Numbered from the stretch's first letter, positions 1 through 9,386 are shown. The stretch: DNA of 64,000 nucleotides from Spirochaetia bacterium (GCA_965203905.1 CBDBDQ010000005.1:1728001-1792000), one strand, 5' to 3'. Numbers and translations: made by a program. Notes: generated by a model not told the origin, from the letters alone.

Positions 1-359
1 TCCTGGAGCTGGTGAGCGCCCACCTGATGCGCCACGCACCGGCCGGCGTGCGGGTGCGTTGCCAGCCCAGCGAGGTGCACGGCGCGCCCTACCTGGTGCC
101 CGCCGACCACCCCGGCAACCGGGCCGCGGCGGCGGTGCTGGAGCGGCTCTACGGGAGGGCGCCGTTGCACACCGGCTCCGGAGGCAGCATTCCGGTGTGC
201 GGGCTGCTGCTGGAGGAGCTGGGCATCCACACCATCGGCTTCTCCTTCGCCCTCGACGACGAGGGAGCCCACGGACCGAACGAGTTCTTCCGGCTGGCCA
301 GCTTTCGCCGCGCGCAGGAGGCGTACTGCCTGATCCTGCAAGAATTGGCGGCAGCATGA
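1..359 (+). CDS. M20/M25/M40 family metallo-dipeptidase, C-terminal part (runs off the window start)
   Basis: Motifs 'GSGGSIP' and 'AHGPNEFF' are typical of M20 peptidase C-termini. The stop overlaps the next ATG (ATGA at 356-359). Confidence 0.8.
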   Translation, partial: LELVSAHLMRHAPAGVRVRCQPSEVHGAPYLVPADHPGNRAAAAVLERLYGRAPLHTGSGGSIPVCGLLLEELGIHTIGFSFALDDEGAHGPNEFFRLASFRRAQEAYCLILQELAAA

Positions 360-1114
360 CGGCGCTGCAGAGCCGAGCCCGCGGCGCCGCGGGCAGCGTC
401 GCGGGAGCGCTCCTCGCCGCCAGCCTGCTGGTGGCGGGATGCAGCGTGGACCAGGAGATAGCGGTGCGCCTGAACGGCGCCGGCGAGGCCCAGGTGCGGG
501 TGGAGCTGCAGCCGGTGTTCATCGACTACCTGCTCGCACTGGCGGAGATTGCCGACGAGGTGGAGCTGCCGGACGACCCCTCCGAGGCTCTGTTCGACAT
601 CGAAGAGGTGGAAGCGGCTATCGCCGACTGGCCCGGGGTGGAGGCGGCGCGGATCGCCACGCCGACGCCGGCGCAGCTGGAGCTGGACCTGACGTTCGAC
701 GATCTGCAGGCGGCGTTCGCCCTCACCGAGGCCGGCGCCGGCACGACGCCCCTGATCAGCCTCACCGGGGGCAGGCGCCGCACCCTGAGCGTGCATCTGG
801 ACAGCGACAACTACTCCCAGCTCACCGCGCTGTTCCCGGTGCTGGAGCATCCGCTGGTGATCAGTCTCGGGCCGCAGCCCGACCTGGAGGTCAATGACGA
901 GGAATACCTGGAGATGATGCAGTTCGTGCTCGGTGACGACGGCCCACCGGCGATCCTCGATGCGGAGGTGAAGGTGCGGGTGCAGGTCGAGGGCCGCGTC
1001 GTGGAGCAGCAGGGCGGCGAGCTGCAGGAGGACGGCAGCGTGCTGATCACCATCCCGCTGCTGCGCATTCTGGTGCTCGATCAGCCCCTCGACTACCGCG
1101 TCGTGTTCGAATAG
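356..1114 (+). CDS. Hypothetical lipoprotein
   Basis: ATG at 356 is coupled to the upstream stop. Hydrophobic signal with lipobox 'LVAGC', followed by an acidic globular sequence. The ORF-track extension from 59 is a shadow. Confidence 0.75.
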   Translation: MTALQSRARGAAGSVAGALLAASLLVAGCSVDQEIAVRLNGAGEAQVRVELQPVFIDYLLALAEIADEVELPDDPSEALFDIEEVEAAIADWPGVEAARIATPTPAQLELDLTFDDLQAAFALTEAGAGTTPLISLTGGRRRTLSVHLDSDNYSQLTALFPVLEHPLVISLGPQPDLEVNDEEYLEMMQFVLGDDGPPAILDAEVKVRVQVEGRVVEQQGGELQEDGSVLITIPLLRILVLDQPLDYRVVFE

Positions 1115-1141
1115 CGGAACGCGCCGCAAAGGAGCCGCCGC

Positions 1142-2416
1142 ATGCAAGTTCGCCAGAGTCCGGGAGATACCGGTTGGTTCGTGCACGACCGGTTCGGCCT
1201 GTTCATCCACTGGGGCCTGTACGCCCTGCCGGCGCGTCACGAGTGGGTGATGCAGAAGGAGGAGATCGAGCCGAAGACGTACGAACGCTACTTCGACTAC
1301 TTCGAGCCCGACCTCTACGACCCCGCGCAGTGGGCGGAGGCTGCCGCGGCGGCGGGCATGAAGTACTTCGTGGTGACCACCAAGCACCACGAGGGGTTCT
1401 GCCTGTGGGACACCGCCCTGACCGACTACAAGGCGCCCAACACCCCGGCCGGCCGTGACCTGCTGCGACCGATGGTGGAGGCGTTCCGCACCGAGGGCCT
1501 GCGGGTCGGCTTCTACCACTCGGTGATCGACTGGCATCATCCCCAGTTCGTCATCGACGACCTGCACGCCCTTCGCAATAGCCCGCAGCGCGCACAGCTC
1601 AACGCGCAGCGCGACCAGAGCAAGTACATCGAGTACCTGCACGGCCAGGTGCGCGAGCTGCTGACCGGGTTCGGCCGCCTCGACATCCTGTGGTGCGACT
1701 TCAGCTATCCCGATCGGGGCAAGGGGCGGGCCGACTGGGACAGCCCGCGCCTGTACCGGATGATCCGCGAGTTGCAGCCGCACGTGGTGCTCAACGACCG
1801 CCTGGACCTGGACGACGGCTGGGACATCCGCACCCCGGAGCAGTGGCAGCCGCAGTCGTGGATCACGGTCGATGGGCAGCCGGTGGTGTGGGAGGCGTGC
1901 CAGACCTTCTCCGGCGCCTGGGGCTACCACCGCGACGAGGCCTCGTGGAAGAGCGTAGGCCAGTTGATCCGCATGCTGGTGGACACGGTGAGCAAGGGTG
2001 GCAACCTGCTCCTCAACGTGGGTCCCACCGGGCGCGGCGAGTTCGACCGTCGTGCCCTGGAACGCCTGCGCGGCATGGGCGAGTGGATGCGGCGCCACAG
2101 CCGCTCCATTTACGGCTGCACCCAGGCACCGGCGGAGTTCGCGACTCCTACCGACTGCCGGCTGACCTGGCATCCCGAGAAAAAGCGGCTCTACGTGCAC
2201 CTGTTCGCGTGGCCGTTCCGCCACCTCCACCTGCCCGGCTATGCCGGCAAGGTCGCCTACGCGCAACTGCTGAACGACGCCTCGGAGCTGTCGATGCAGG
2301 CGGTGAGCGAGCACCAGCAGCGGGTGGAGGGCGTACCCGCCGACAGCGTGGTGCTGGAGCTCCCGGTACTGCAGCCGGACACCCCGGTGCCGGTGGTCGA
2401 GCTGTTCCTGCGCTAG
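1142..2416 (+). CDS. Alpha-L-fucosidase (GH29)
   Basis: 'RFGLFIHWG', 'TTKHHEGFCLW', nucleophile region 'LWCD', 'GGNLLLNVGP'. RBS AAGGAG upstream. Confidence 0.93.
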   Translation: MQVRQSPGDTGWFVHDRFGLFIHWGLYALPARHEWVMQKEEIEPKTYERYFDYFEPDLYDPAQWAEAAAAAGMKYFVVTTKHHEGFCLWDTALTDYKAPNTPAGRDLLRPMVEAFRTEGLRVGFYHSVIDWHHPQFVIDDLHALRNSPQRAQLNAQRDQSKYIEYLHGQVRELLTGFGRLDILWCDFSYPDRGKGRADWDSPRLYRMIRELQPHVVLNDRLDLDDGWDIRTPEQWQPQSWITVDGQPVVWEACQTFSGAWGYHRDEASWKSVGQLIRMLVDTVSKGGNLLLNVGPTGRGEFDRRALERLRGMGEWMRRHSRSIYGCTQAPAEFATPTDCRLTWHPEKKRLYVHLFAWPFRHLHLPGYAGKVAYAQLLNDASELSMQAVSEHQQRVEGVPADSVVLELPVLQPDTPVPVVELFLR

Positions 2417-2602
2417 GAGGCTGCCGGTTGGCGCGTCAGCGGCATAAGCGACGGACTCCGTACGGGATGGCGAGGCTGGGCCGAAGGCGGCGCTTTCGGG
2501 GCGCCGAGTGCGCGGCCCGATGATCGCTACGTCGGTCGCCCGGCCGCACGATGTCCCGCGGGCAGCGGGGAGCCTGCCCCGGGGGCACGCCCGGGGAGCG
2601 GC

Positions 2603-3310
2603 ATGGGCCTGCTACTGATCGTCGCGCTCGTCGCGGCGCTCGGTGTCCTCTTCCTCGTCACCCGCGTGGTGGTGCGCCGGCGCCGGGTGCGCGCCAGTCG
2701 CAAGCGGGCCCGCGGCCCACTCCCGGAGGTCGCAAAGCGCGCCCAGGAGCGGGCGCGGGAGCTGCTCGGGCGCAGCGACGTGCTGATCGCCGCCACCAAG
2801 ACCACCAGCTTCCAACCCAGCGCCGAGGTGATCGAGCTGTCCCTGGTCGATACCACGGGCGCGGTGCGGCTGGACCGGGTGATGCTGCCCACCGGCACCA
2901 TCACCCGCGAAGCGATCGCCGCGCACGGCCTCGACCGCGACGAGCTGCAGCGGCTGCAGGCGCCCCACTATCTGGACGTGCACGAGGAGATCGAAACGGC
3001 CCTGGCGGCGGCCACCGTGGTGCTGGCATACGACGCGCCACTGGAGCACCGCCGCCTGTACCGTACCGCCGCCGGCCACGAGCGCGAGCTGCCGGAAGTT
3101 CCCTGGGAGTGCGCACAGGTGCTCTATGTCGAGTACTCCGGCACGCCCGCCGGCAAGGGGCCGGATTCGCGCCGCTGGACCCTGAGCCAGGCGGTCAGGC
3201 GCGAGGGAGTCCCCGCCGGCAAGCCGCACCTGCGCGCCCTCGGCGATTGTCGCACCGTGCTGCACCTGCTGCAGGCGATAACCGGCAGCGACGACACCCC
3301 CCGCCGCTGA
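2603..3310 (+). CDS. Membrane-anchored DEDDh 3'-5' exonuclease-like protein with degenerate active site
   Basis: N-terminal hydrophobic helix followed by an Arg-rich stretch. DnaQ-like scaffold 'EVIELSLVD...AIAAHGL...VLAYDAPLE...RALGDC', but ExoI reads 'ATKTTS' instead of D-x-E-T-T-G. Confidence 0.75.
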   Translation: MGLLLIVALVAALGVLFLVTRVVVRRRRVRASRKRARGPLPEVAKRAQERARELLGRSDVLIAATKTTSFQPSAEVIELSLVDTTGAVRLDRVMLPTGTITREAIAAHGLDRDELQRLQAPHYLDVHEEIETALAAATVVLAYDAPLEHRRLYRTAAGHERELPEVPWECAQVLYVEYSGTPAGKGPDSRRWTLSQAVRREGVPAGKPHLRALGDCRTVLHLLQAITGSDDTPRR

Positions 3311-3339
3311 TCCCGCCCCATGCGACCCGCCGGGACAGC

Positions 3340-3737
3340 CTATTTGGGAAACACGATCCGCACCGAGTCTCTGGTAATCCGAGCGATGTAGGGCGGGACC
3401 CGCGTGCTCAGAATCTGGCGGATCGCAGAATCATGCTTGTGCAGCAGCGTTGCCTGATCGTCGCCAGAGATGTTGTTGCTGCGAAAGGCAAAGTAGCGGA
3501 CACGGTAGTCCTGGACAGCTCGCAGTTCGATGTCGGCATGACGGACTCGGTTGTCGCCGCTCAAGACCGCCCAGCCGTTGCCGCCTGCCAGTGCCAGCCA
3601 CTCTGAATCATCCCGCTCGTCGGGCCTGAAGTGATCGGAGTGAAGTTCCACCCATAGCCAAGAGCTGACAAGGCGGAAGGTATCGTATACCTGCCGAGGC
3701 ACCGATCTACCAGGAACGTGAAAATCGTCCGTCCTAT
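3340..3737 (-). pseudogene. VapC45-like PIN-domain toxin, frameshifted
   Basis: The N-terminal motif 'FTFLVDRCLGRYTIPSALSALGY' (about 3722-3654) is in a different frame from the rest ('VELHSDHF...DSEWLALAG..GWAVLSGDNRVR'). One base is missing near 3652, and there is no nearby start codon in the motif frame. Confidence 0.7.
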
Positions 3738-4429
3738 GCGGCGGAACGCCTGCCCCGGAGATCCTGCTCGAAGTGGATCGCTTCTCGTACCCGTTCCAGG
3801 GTCATCGCGTAGTCATGAGCCAGAACATCAATTGTGTCCCCGCCCCTGTGACGCTGGTACAGTATCTCCGTCGGTATGCCGGTCCCGCTGAGGCACGGCC
3901 TGCCGAACTGAACCGCGGGATCGATCTCGATTGTCCGTGGCTCCGCCGACTCTACCTCGGCAGTGGGAAACGGAAAGAGCTTGCAGGCTCCCCCGGAGGG
4001 GTGCCGCTCGATTCGCCGCAGAGCAGCTCGCAGCACCTTGTCGAGCAGAATCTGCTTGTCGTCGTTGCTGACGTTGGTCAGCAACCCGGAAACCAAAGCA
4101 AACAGCTCGTATCCATCGGTGAGGATATCCTGCTCTGCCAAGGGGTGCTCCGACTGCCAGGCGACAGACAGAATCTCGATGGCTGTTCTCACGCGGAAGA
4201 GCGTTACGCGGTGACGCTTCCGGATCGAATTGAGAACGTGGAGTTCAACCAGATTGCGAAACGAGAGCATACGGCGCGCGGAGTCATCCAACTGAAGCAC
4301 GGGATGGAACTGTCCCCATCCCGTCTTCGTGCCAAGAAACCAAGCTCGAACAGTGGCTACCGGAGCCCTGACGTAGCGAGCGGCATCCGCAAACGTGTAT
4401 GCGCCAAGTGTGGAGATCTCAAGACTCAC
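3734..4429 (-). CDS. DUF433-domain antitoxin (VapB45-like, N-terminal HTH)
   Basis: 'YTFADAARYV', 'LSFRNLVELHVL' and C-terminal DUF433 'IDPAVQFGRPCLSGTGIPT...LAHDY'. Lies directly upstream of the PIN gene. GTG start at 4429 is inferred. Confidence 0.85.
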   Translation of the reverse strand: MSLEISTLGAYTFADAARYVRAPVATVRAWFLGTKTGWGQFHPVLQLDDSARRMLSFRNLVELHVLNSIRKRHRVTLFRVRTAIEILSVAWQSEHPLAEQDILTDGYELFALVSGLLTNVSNDDKQILLDKVLRAALRRIERHPSGGACKLFPFPTAEVESAEPRTIEIDPAVQFGRPCLSGTGIPTEILYQRHRGGDTIDVLAHDYAMTLERVREAIHFEQDLRGRRSAA

Positions 4430-4613
4430 GGGCAGAGCACCTGTCGAAGTGGTGCAACAGCGCGACTCCGGCCGGCAATGGCGATGTGCGCGCATTTCTC
4501 TTTGGCGGCGCTGATGCCTTCACGCATCTTTCGGATGTTACCCCCGGCCGTTCGGCCGGTCAACGAGAATACTTGGCCGGAGGCACATGGGCCCGCGGCC
4601 AGGTGCGTACGTG

Positions 4614-5561
4614 TCAGGTGCGAAAGTAGGGTGGGCAGTCGGGGTGGCAGGTCTCCCAGGCGGCATCGAACGCCTCCACCAGAGGGGCGTCCAGGGCACC
4701 GGCGCGGCAGGCGTCGAGGTTGGCGGCAAGCTGCTCCAGGGTGCTGGCCCCGAGGATGACGGCGTCGCCGGCGGCGGCGTCCAGGTCGCTGTGGTGACGC
4801 ATCCAGGCCAGTGCCGCCGCCGCCATGCCGATCCCCGCGGCTTCGCATGCCGCCTGCACTCCCTCCATGGCGGTCAGGTAGGCGGGCTGCCAGTAGCGCG
4901 GCACGTAGTTTGCCTGCTCGCTGAAGCGGCCTTGGGACGGCACCTCCGTCGCGCCGAGATAGCGCCCCGTCAGCAGGCCGCCGGCGAGCGGGTTGTAGGC
5001 GTAGAAGCTCATGCCCAGGTGGCGCAGGCACGGCAGCAGCTCGGGCTCCACGTCGCGGGTCACCGCGTTGTACATGCCCTGGTACACCTCGGGCAGCGGC
5101 CAGCCGTGGCGGCGGCACAAGTGGTGCGCGTCCGCCACCTGCCAGGCGGCGTAGTTGCTCAGCCCCAGCCGCCGGAACCTGCCGGCGGCGTGCAGCCGGG
5201 CGCATGCCTCCAGCGTCGCTTCCAGAGGCGTGGCGTTGTCCGGGCTGTGCAGGTAGAACAGGTCCACCGCGTCGCACTGCAAGCGCTGGAGAGAACCCGT
5301 AAGCTGCCGTTCCACTTCCTCGGGACGCAGCGACGGTGTGCCGTTCGCGGCGCCGGGATGGGCCTTGGTGGCCAGGGTGATGCCCTCCCAGCCGCGCTGC
5401 GCCAGGATCTCGCCCAGGATTCTCTCCGTCTCGCCGCCACCGTACATGAACGCGGTATCGAGCTCACCGGCGCCCCAATCCGTAAACGCCGCCACGGCCC
5501 GCGCGGCCGCCTCCAGGTCCATCCTCCGGCCGAATGTCATCGTCCCCAACACAATGCGCAT
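4614..5561 (-). CDS. Aldo/keto reductase (AKR7/aflatoxin aldehyde reductase-like)
   Basis: 'LGTMTFG', 'LDTAFMY', 'LATK', 'DLFYLHSPD', 'LGLSNY', 'YQGMYN', 'YNPLAGGLLTG'. RBS AAGGAG before the ATG at 5561. Confidence 0.9.
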   Translation of the reverse strand: MRIVLGTMTFGRRMDLEAAARAVAAFTDWGAGELDTAFMYGGGETERILGEILAQRGWEGITLATKAHPGAANGTPSLRPEEVERQLTGSLQRLQCDAVDLFYLHSPDNATPLEATLEACARLHAAGRFRRLGLSNYAAWQVADAHHLCRRHGWPLPEVYQGMYNAVTRDVEPELLPCLRHLGMSFYAYNPLAGGLLTGRYLGATEVPSQGRFSEQANYVPRYWQPAYLTAMEGVQAACEAAGIGMAAAALAWMRHHSDLDAAAGDAVILGASTLEQLAANLDACRAGALDAPLVEAFDAAWETCHPDCPPYFRT

Positions 5562-5691
5562 CACTGCACTCCTTTCATTCAACGTAGACGGTGCGGTCGG
5601 AGGCGTCACCGGAATACTTAATGGACGCTGCGTATCGCGGAGGTCTGGAACAGCTCGACGATCCTATCCGTATCGCTGCTCGCGAACGCGG

Positions 5692-5991
5692 CTACGGGTG
5701 CGCGCGGCTCACGCGGGCCAGGAAGTCGGCAGTCGTGGCGCAGTCCACGATCCATTCCCCCGCTTCGGCGAGGCGATCCGCGTCGGTGACGCCGGCGAGC
5801 ACCGCCGACAACCGCTCCGCCGCCGCCGGACCGAACCGGCGCTCCGCCAAACGGTGCAGCAACGCCCTCTGCCGCTCGATCCCCTGTTCGATCCCTTGCT
5901 CAATCCCGCGTTCGATGCCTCGCTCGATCCCGCGTTCGATGCCTTGCTCCAGGATCTCCGCTCCCCAGCGATCGATCTTCTCCGCCAACAC
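5692..5991 (-). CDS. Putative nested small Rpn product (RpnS-type antitoxin) from an internal in-frame start
   Basis: In-frame GTG at 5991 is preceded by the strong Shine-Dalgarno GAGGAGG (6006-6000) at 8-nt spacing, just before the repeat-bearing C-terminal domain. Confidence 0.6.
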   Translation of the reverse strand: MLAEKIDRWGAEILEQGIERGIERGIERGIEQGIEQGIERQRALLHRLAERRFGPAAAERLSAVLAGVTDADRLAEAGEWIVDCATTADFLARVSRAHP

Positions 5992-6714
5992 TGCGCTTAC
6001 CTCCTCATACTCGCGAATCGACGGCAACTCCACGCCCCACTTCCGGCCCAGGACGCCGAGCCACAGGTCGAAGCTCCTCGTCAGGCCCGGTTCGCCCGCT
6101 TCCGCAAGCCACTCCCCCAACTCCCGTACCCGCTCGGGCAACGCGCCCACCTGCACGCTCTGCTCCACCTCCGCTACCCATCGCAGCAGGTTCGCTCGCG
6201 GCAGATCATCCGCCTTTACCGCCACCAGATCAACCACGTGGTAGCTCACAGCGAGCTGCGACGGGCCGTCCTGCTCCGTCCGCTGCACCAGCCCGGCGAG
6301 CGTCGGCGGCGCGTCCCACCGCGTGTCGCCGTTGTACACAACCACGTGCAGCGCCGGATCGGCACGATCTCCCTTGCCCCATGTGGTGCGGTCACGGTAC
6401 AGCCGCTGGTAGAGCAGGCTCGTGTAGTTCAGGAACCGTAGCGGCATCGAGTAATCCACGCTCGACTGGTGCTCGATCACCACGTGCAGCGTCTGTACTC
6501 CGCCGCGGCCGTCGCGGCGGTCGATCGACCAGACCACGTCACCGAGCCGTCGGCGCAGTTCGTCGGTGACGTTCTCGGTGGCGCCGTCGCGCAGGGTGGC
6601 GAAGTCGAGCGCCTCGGCCCAGCCGGCAGGGCGCAGCGGCGCGATGAACCCGATGAGCAGGTCCTTGGCGATGCGTCGATGGGTGAGCAGTCGTTTGTAC
6701 GCAGGGTCGTCCAT
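5692..6714 (-). CDS. Rpn family recombination-promoting nuclease / YhgA-like PD-(D/E)XK protein
   Basis: 'DPAYKRLL', 'GDVVW', 'VIEHQSSVD..MPLRFLNY', 'VVYNG..RW', and C-terminal GIE(R/Q) repeats. Confidence 0.9.
   Translation of the reverse strand: MDDPAYKRLLTHRRIAKDLLIGFIAPLRPAGWAEALDFATLRDGATENVTDELRRRLGDVVWSIDRRDGRGGVQTLHVVIEHQSSVDYSMPLRFLNYTSLLYQRLYRDRTTWGKGDRADPALHVVVYNGDTRWDAPPTLAGLVQRTEQDGPSQLAVSYHVVDLVAVKADDLPRANLLRWVAEVEQSVQVGALPERVRELGEWLAEAGEPGLTRSFDLWLGVLGRKWGVELPSIREYEEVSAVLAEKIDRWGAEILEQGIERGIERGIERGIEQGIEQGIERQRALLHRLAERRFGPAAAERLSAVLAGVTDADRLAEAGEWIVDCATTADFLARVSRAHP
5872..5943 (-). repeat. Six 12-bp coding tandem repeats (GIER/GIEQ) in Rpn
   Basis: Translation reads GIER-GIER-GIER-GIEQ-GIEQ-GIER. 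Confidence 0.9.
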
Positions 6715-6917
6715 GATTCCGTGTCGGCGCGGTGCCCGTTACCACTGACAATGCCTTGGAGTCAGCGGCGCTTCAGTGCCTGGCATCGGAGCGTCGGCGA
6801 CTACCGATCTCGGAAGCGGAAGGTGTCTGCGGCCTGCTGGCGGGTGAGTTGGAGCGTCACCAGAACGCACCGCTCGGGACACGAATGTGGACATTTCTTG
6901 TGCTAAAATCGGTTGCA

Positions 6918-8120
6918 GTGGGACGCAGATACGAACGGAGCCATCCGTGGATTACCTTCACGATCGATTTGCGGCCCGCCGGGCCGCGGGTGTGGTCACT
7001 GCTGGGACAGGCGGTGGCGCGCTGCGGACAGATCGCCGAAGCTGTCCTGCCACCCTTGAAAGCTGCGGAGATGTATCGGCTATACCTCTCCCGAGGAGCG
7101 CGCGCCACCACCGCGATCGAGGGCAACACGCTGAGCGAAGCGCAGGTCAGAGCCCGGCTCGCGGGACAGCTGGAGCTTCCGCTGTCGCAGGAGTACCTGG
7201 GTCGCGAGGTGGACAACATCCTGGACTCCTGCGAGGCAATCTGGCAGGAGATCAGGAGTGGCCGGTCGCCGAGTCTCTCCGCGGAGCTGCTTGCCGACTA
7301 CAACCGCCGCGTCCTGGCCGGCCTGGAAGCGCACCTCGATGAGGGCGTGATCCCGGGCGAGATCCCACACCATCGGGTGGCCGTCGGCGGCTACCAGGGC
7401 GCACCGCGTGGCGACTGCGCATACTTGCTCGATCGGCTGTGTGCCTGGTTGGAGCACGACCATCCTCCGGAAGGCGTCGCGTTCTTTCCTGCGGCGGATC
7501 ACCGCATCGCTGTCTCGTTGCTGCACGCCATACTGGCCCACCTCTACCTGGCATGGATTCACCCGTTCGGCGACGGCAACGGCCGCACCGCGCGGCTCGT
7601 GGAGTTCATGCTGCTGGCGCGCTCCGGGGTGCCCGCTCCGGCCACCCATCTGCTGAGCAATCACTACAACCAGACCCGTACCGAATACTACCGACAGCTC
7701 GATCGTTCCAGCCGAGCCAACGCCGGTAGCGGCGACCCCGTGGAGTTCGTGTGCTACGCCTTGCAGGGATTCGTTGACGGCCTGCGGGAGCAGTGCGCGT
7801 ATGTCGGCCGCGTACAACTCGGCATCGCATGGGAGCACCTGGTGTACGAGACATTCAACGCCGAGCCGCCGACCGCCGCCAACGCCCGGCGCCGGACGCT
7901 GGTGCTCGCACTCGGCGCCGACGGGCGGCCCGTGCCGAAGCCGGAGATCCCCGACCTCACGCCCGCCCTCGCACGCAGCTACGCCACGAGGACCGAAAAG
8001 ACCCTCACCCGCGACCTGAACTGGCTCCGCGACCGGGAGCTCGTGCTCCGCACCGCGCTGGGGTACCGGGCACGGGTGGAGCGCATGCGCAGCTTCCAGC
8101 CTGACGCCGCGCTGCCGTAA
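6918..8120 (+). CDS. Fic family protein
   Basis: Canonical Fic motif 'HPFGDGNGRTAR' and 'ATTAIEGNTLS'; C-terminal HTH-like 'EKTLTRDLNWL'. Start is uncertain (GTG 6918 or ATG 6885). An extended -10, TGcTAAAAT, lies at 6901-6909. Confidence 0.88.
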   Translation: MGRRYERSHPWITFTIDLRPAGPRVWSLLGQAVARCGQIAEAVLPPLKAAEMYRLYLSRGARATTAIEGNTLSEAQVRARLAGQLELPLSQEYLGREVDNILDSCEAIWQEIRSGRSPSLSAELLADYNRRVLAGLEAHLDEGVIPGEIPHHRVAVGGYQGAPRGDCAYLLDRLCAWLEHDHPPEGVAFFPAADHRIAVSLLHAILAHLYLAWIHPFGDGNGRTARLVEFMLLARSGVPAPATHLLSNHYNQTRTEYYRQLDRSSRANAGSGDPVEFVCYALQGFVDGLREQCAYVGRVQLGIAWEHLVYETFNAEPPTAANARRRTLVLALGADGRPVPKPEIPDLTPALARSYATRTEKTLTRDLNWLRDRELVLRTALGYRARVERMRSFQPDAALP

Positions 8121-8154
8121 CGAATGGATGATCCGGACATCGCACCGCTGGGGC

Positions 8155-9285
8155 TTACAGCTCGACCGGTTGTTCGGTGCCGTGCGAACTGAATAACTTC
8201 GCGAGATCCTCCACGGTGAGGTCCAGCAGGTTGGCCATACGCCGATTGGAGACATGACCCCCTTGGAGTGCGAGGCGCATCACTTCCATGAACGGTCTGG
8301 AGAACTGTGGCGGGGCGACGTTCTTGGGCACGGCATTGCCGTTATTGCGGAGCGCTGCGTCGGAGACCGACTGCGCAGTTGCACGAGACAGCCGGTCGAG
8401 CGCGACCAGCCGCCACTTCAGCGCGGAAGCCGTCACCTGCAATTCGTCGGCTACCCGGTTCAGCCGCTGGATGAGTGCATCTCCGGACAGATTCGACCAA
8501 CTGCCGAAGCGCGCCAGTGTGGCCGAGGGCATGAGAGCCGCAGCGGAGAAATTGTTGGCCAGTTGCTCCACCCGGTTTCCACCGGTATCTCTCACTTCCT
8601 CAAAGTGCGCGGGGGGCATCGCCTCCCACGTGAGGATATGAAAAAATTCATGAGCGAGATCGAAGTGACGGCGTCCCGGGACTTCGTGGCGCGCGATCAG
8701 GATGGCATCGAGTTCCGGAAGACGGCAGGCGGCGCCCGAGATGCCGCGCCGCGCTTCGACCATGAGGACCAGTACGCCGAATTCCCGTTCTACGACCTCG
8801 GTCAAGCGGCTCGCCGGGATATCGCCAAGAGCGAACTCGGCCGCGAACCGTTCACCGGCTTGCATGGCGTCCTCAAATCTGGAGCGCCGCGTCAGCCCAA
8901 GCGTACGGCGCATCAGCGGTGTGCTGTGTCCAACCGCCGCGGCCAAGGTCAGGAAGGCGGCGATCCAGCGGCCCGCGTGGTGTTCGTAGGTCGAAAGCTG
9001 TTCAGTCTCGACACCGGTGTGCCGCCAGCAGAAACGACCTTCGCCGACCAGCCGAAAAGGATCGGTGAAGTACTCCAGGGAAGCGTCCAGCACCTCGACC
9101 GCGAGCACCAGTTCCTCCGCCGTCACTTTCCGGATACCGGTCTCTATGGCCGAGACGGTCTGGCGATCGTTGAAGCCGAGCAGGTGGGCAAGGTCTTCCT
9201 GCGACAGCTTGCGCTCCTCCCGTAGCGCCTTGATCCGTGTACCGATCAACGATGTCGGCTGGCGAAGTCTTGCACCTGCGGTCAT
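8155..9285 (-). CDS. XRE-family HTH fused to ImmA/IrrE (DUF955) metallopeptidase
   Basis: 'RIKALREERKLSQEDLA...VSAIETG' HTH; 'RRHFDLAHEFFH' HExxH; 'EQLANNFSAAALMP'. Confidence 0.9.
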   Translation of the reverse strand: MTAGARLRQPTSLIGTRIKALREERKLSQEDLAHLLGFNDRQTVSAIETGIRKVTAEELVLAVEVLDASLEYFTDPFRLVGEGRFCWRHTGVETEQLSTYEHHAGRWIAAFLTLAAAVGHSTPLMRRTLGLTRRSRFEDAMQAGERFAAEFALGDIPASRLTEVVEREFGVLVLMVEARRGISGAACRLPELDAILIARHEVPGRRHFDLAHEFFHILTWEAMPPAHFEEVRDTGGNRVEQLANNFSAAALMPSATLARFGSWSNLSGDALIQRLNRVADELQVTASALKWRLVALDRLSRATAQSVSDAALRNNGNAVPKNVAPPQFSRPFMEVMRLALQGGHVSNRRMANLLDLTVEDLAKLFSSHGTEQPVEL

Positions 9286-9386
9286 GCAAGGAATATATGC
9301 GAAACGGCGAATGTCACGGGATGCTTGCCCGCGCGGCGCCCGGGAGACGACCGGGACGTGCCAGCAGCTCGGGCGAGTAGCGGCGG

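Noticed and set aside
149-2314. Long antisense or alternative-frame ORFs (also 11788-13803, 18255-21074, 29242-31191, 48595-50940 and others)
   Set aside because: They are shadows of well-supported genes, caused by high GC and codon bias, and carry no recognisable motifs.
5692-6714. Rpn/YhgA gene as an IS element
   Set aside because: I saw no terminal inverted repeats or target duplications, and the family is not a demonstrated transposase.
6732-6884. Upstream extension of the Fic ORF, faintly like a type I restriction subunit N-terminus
   Set aside because: Too short and weak to support, and a promoter-like element lies downstream of it.
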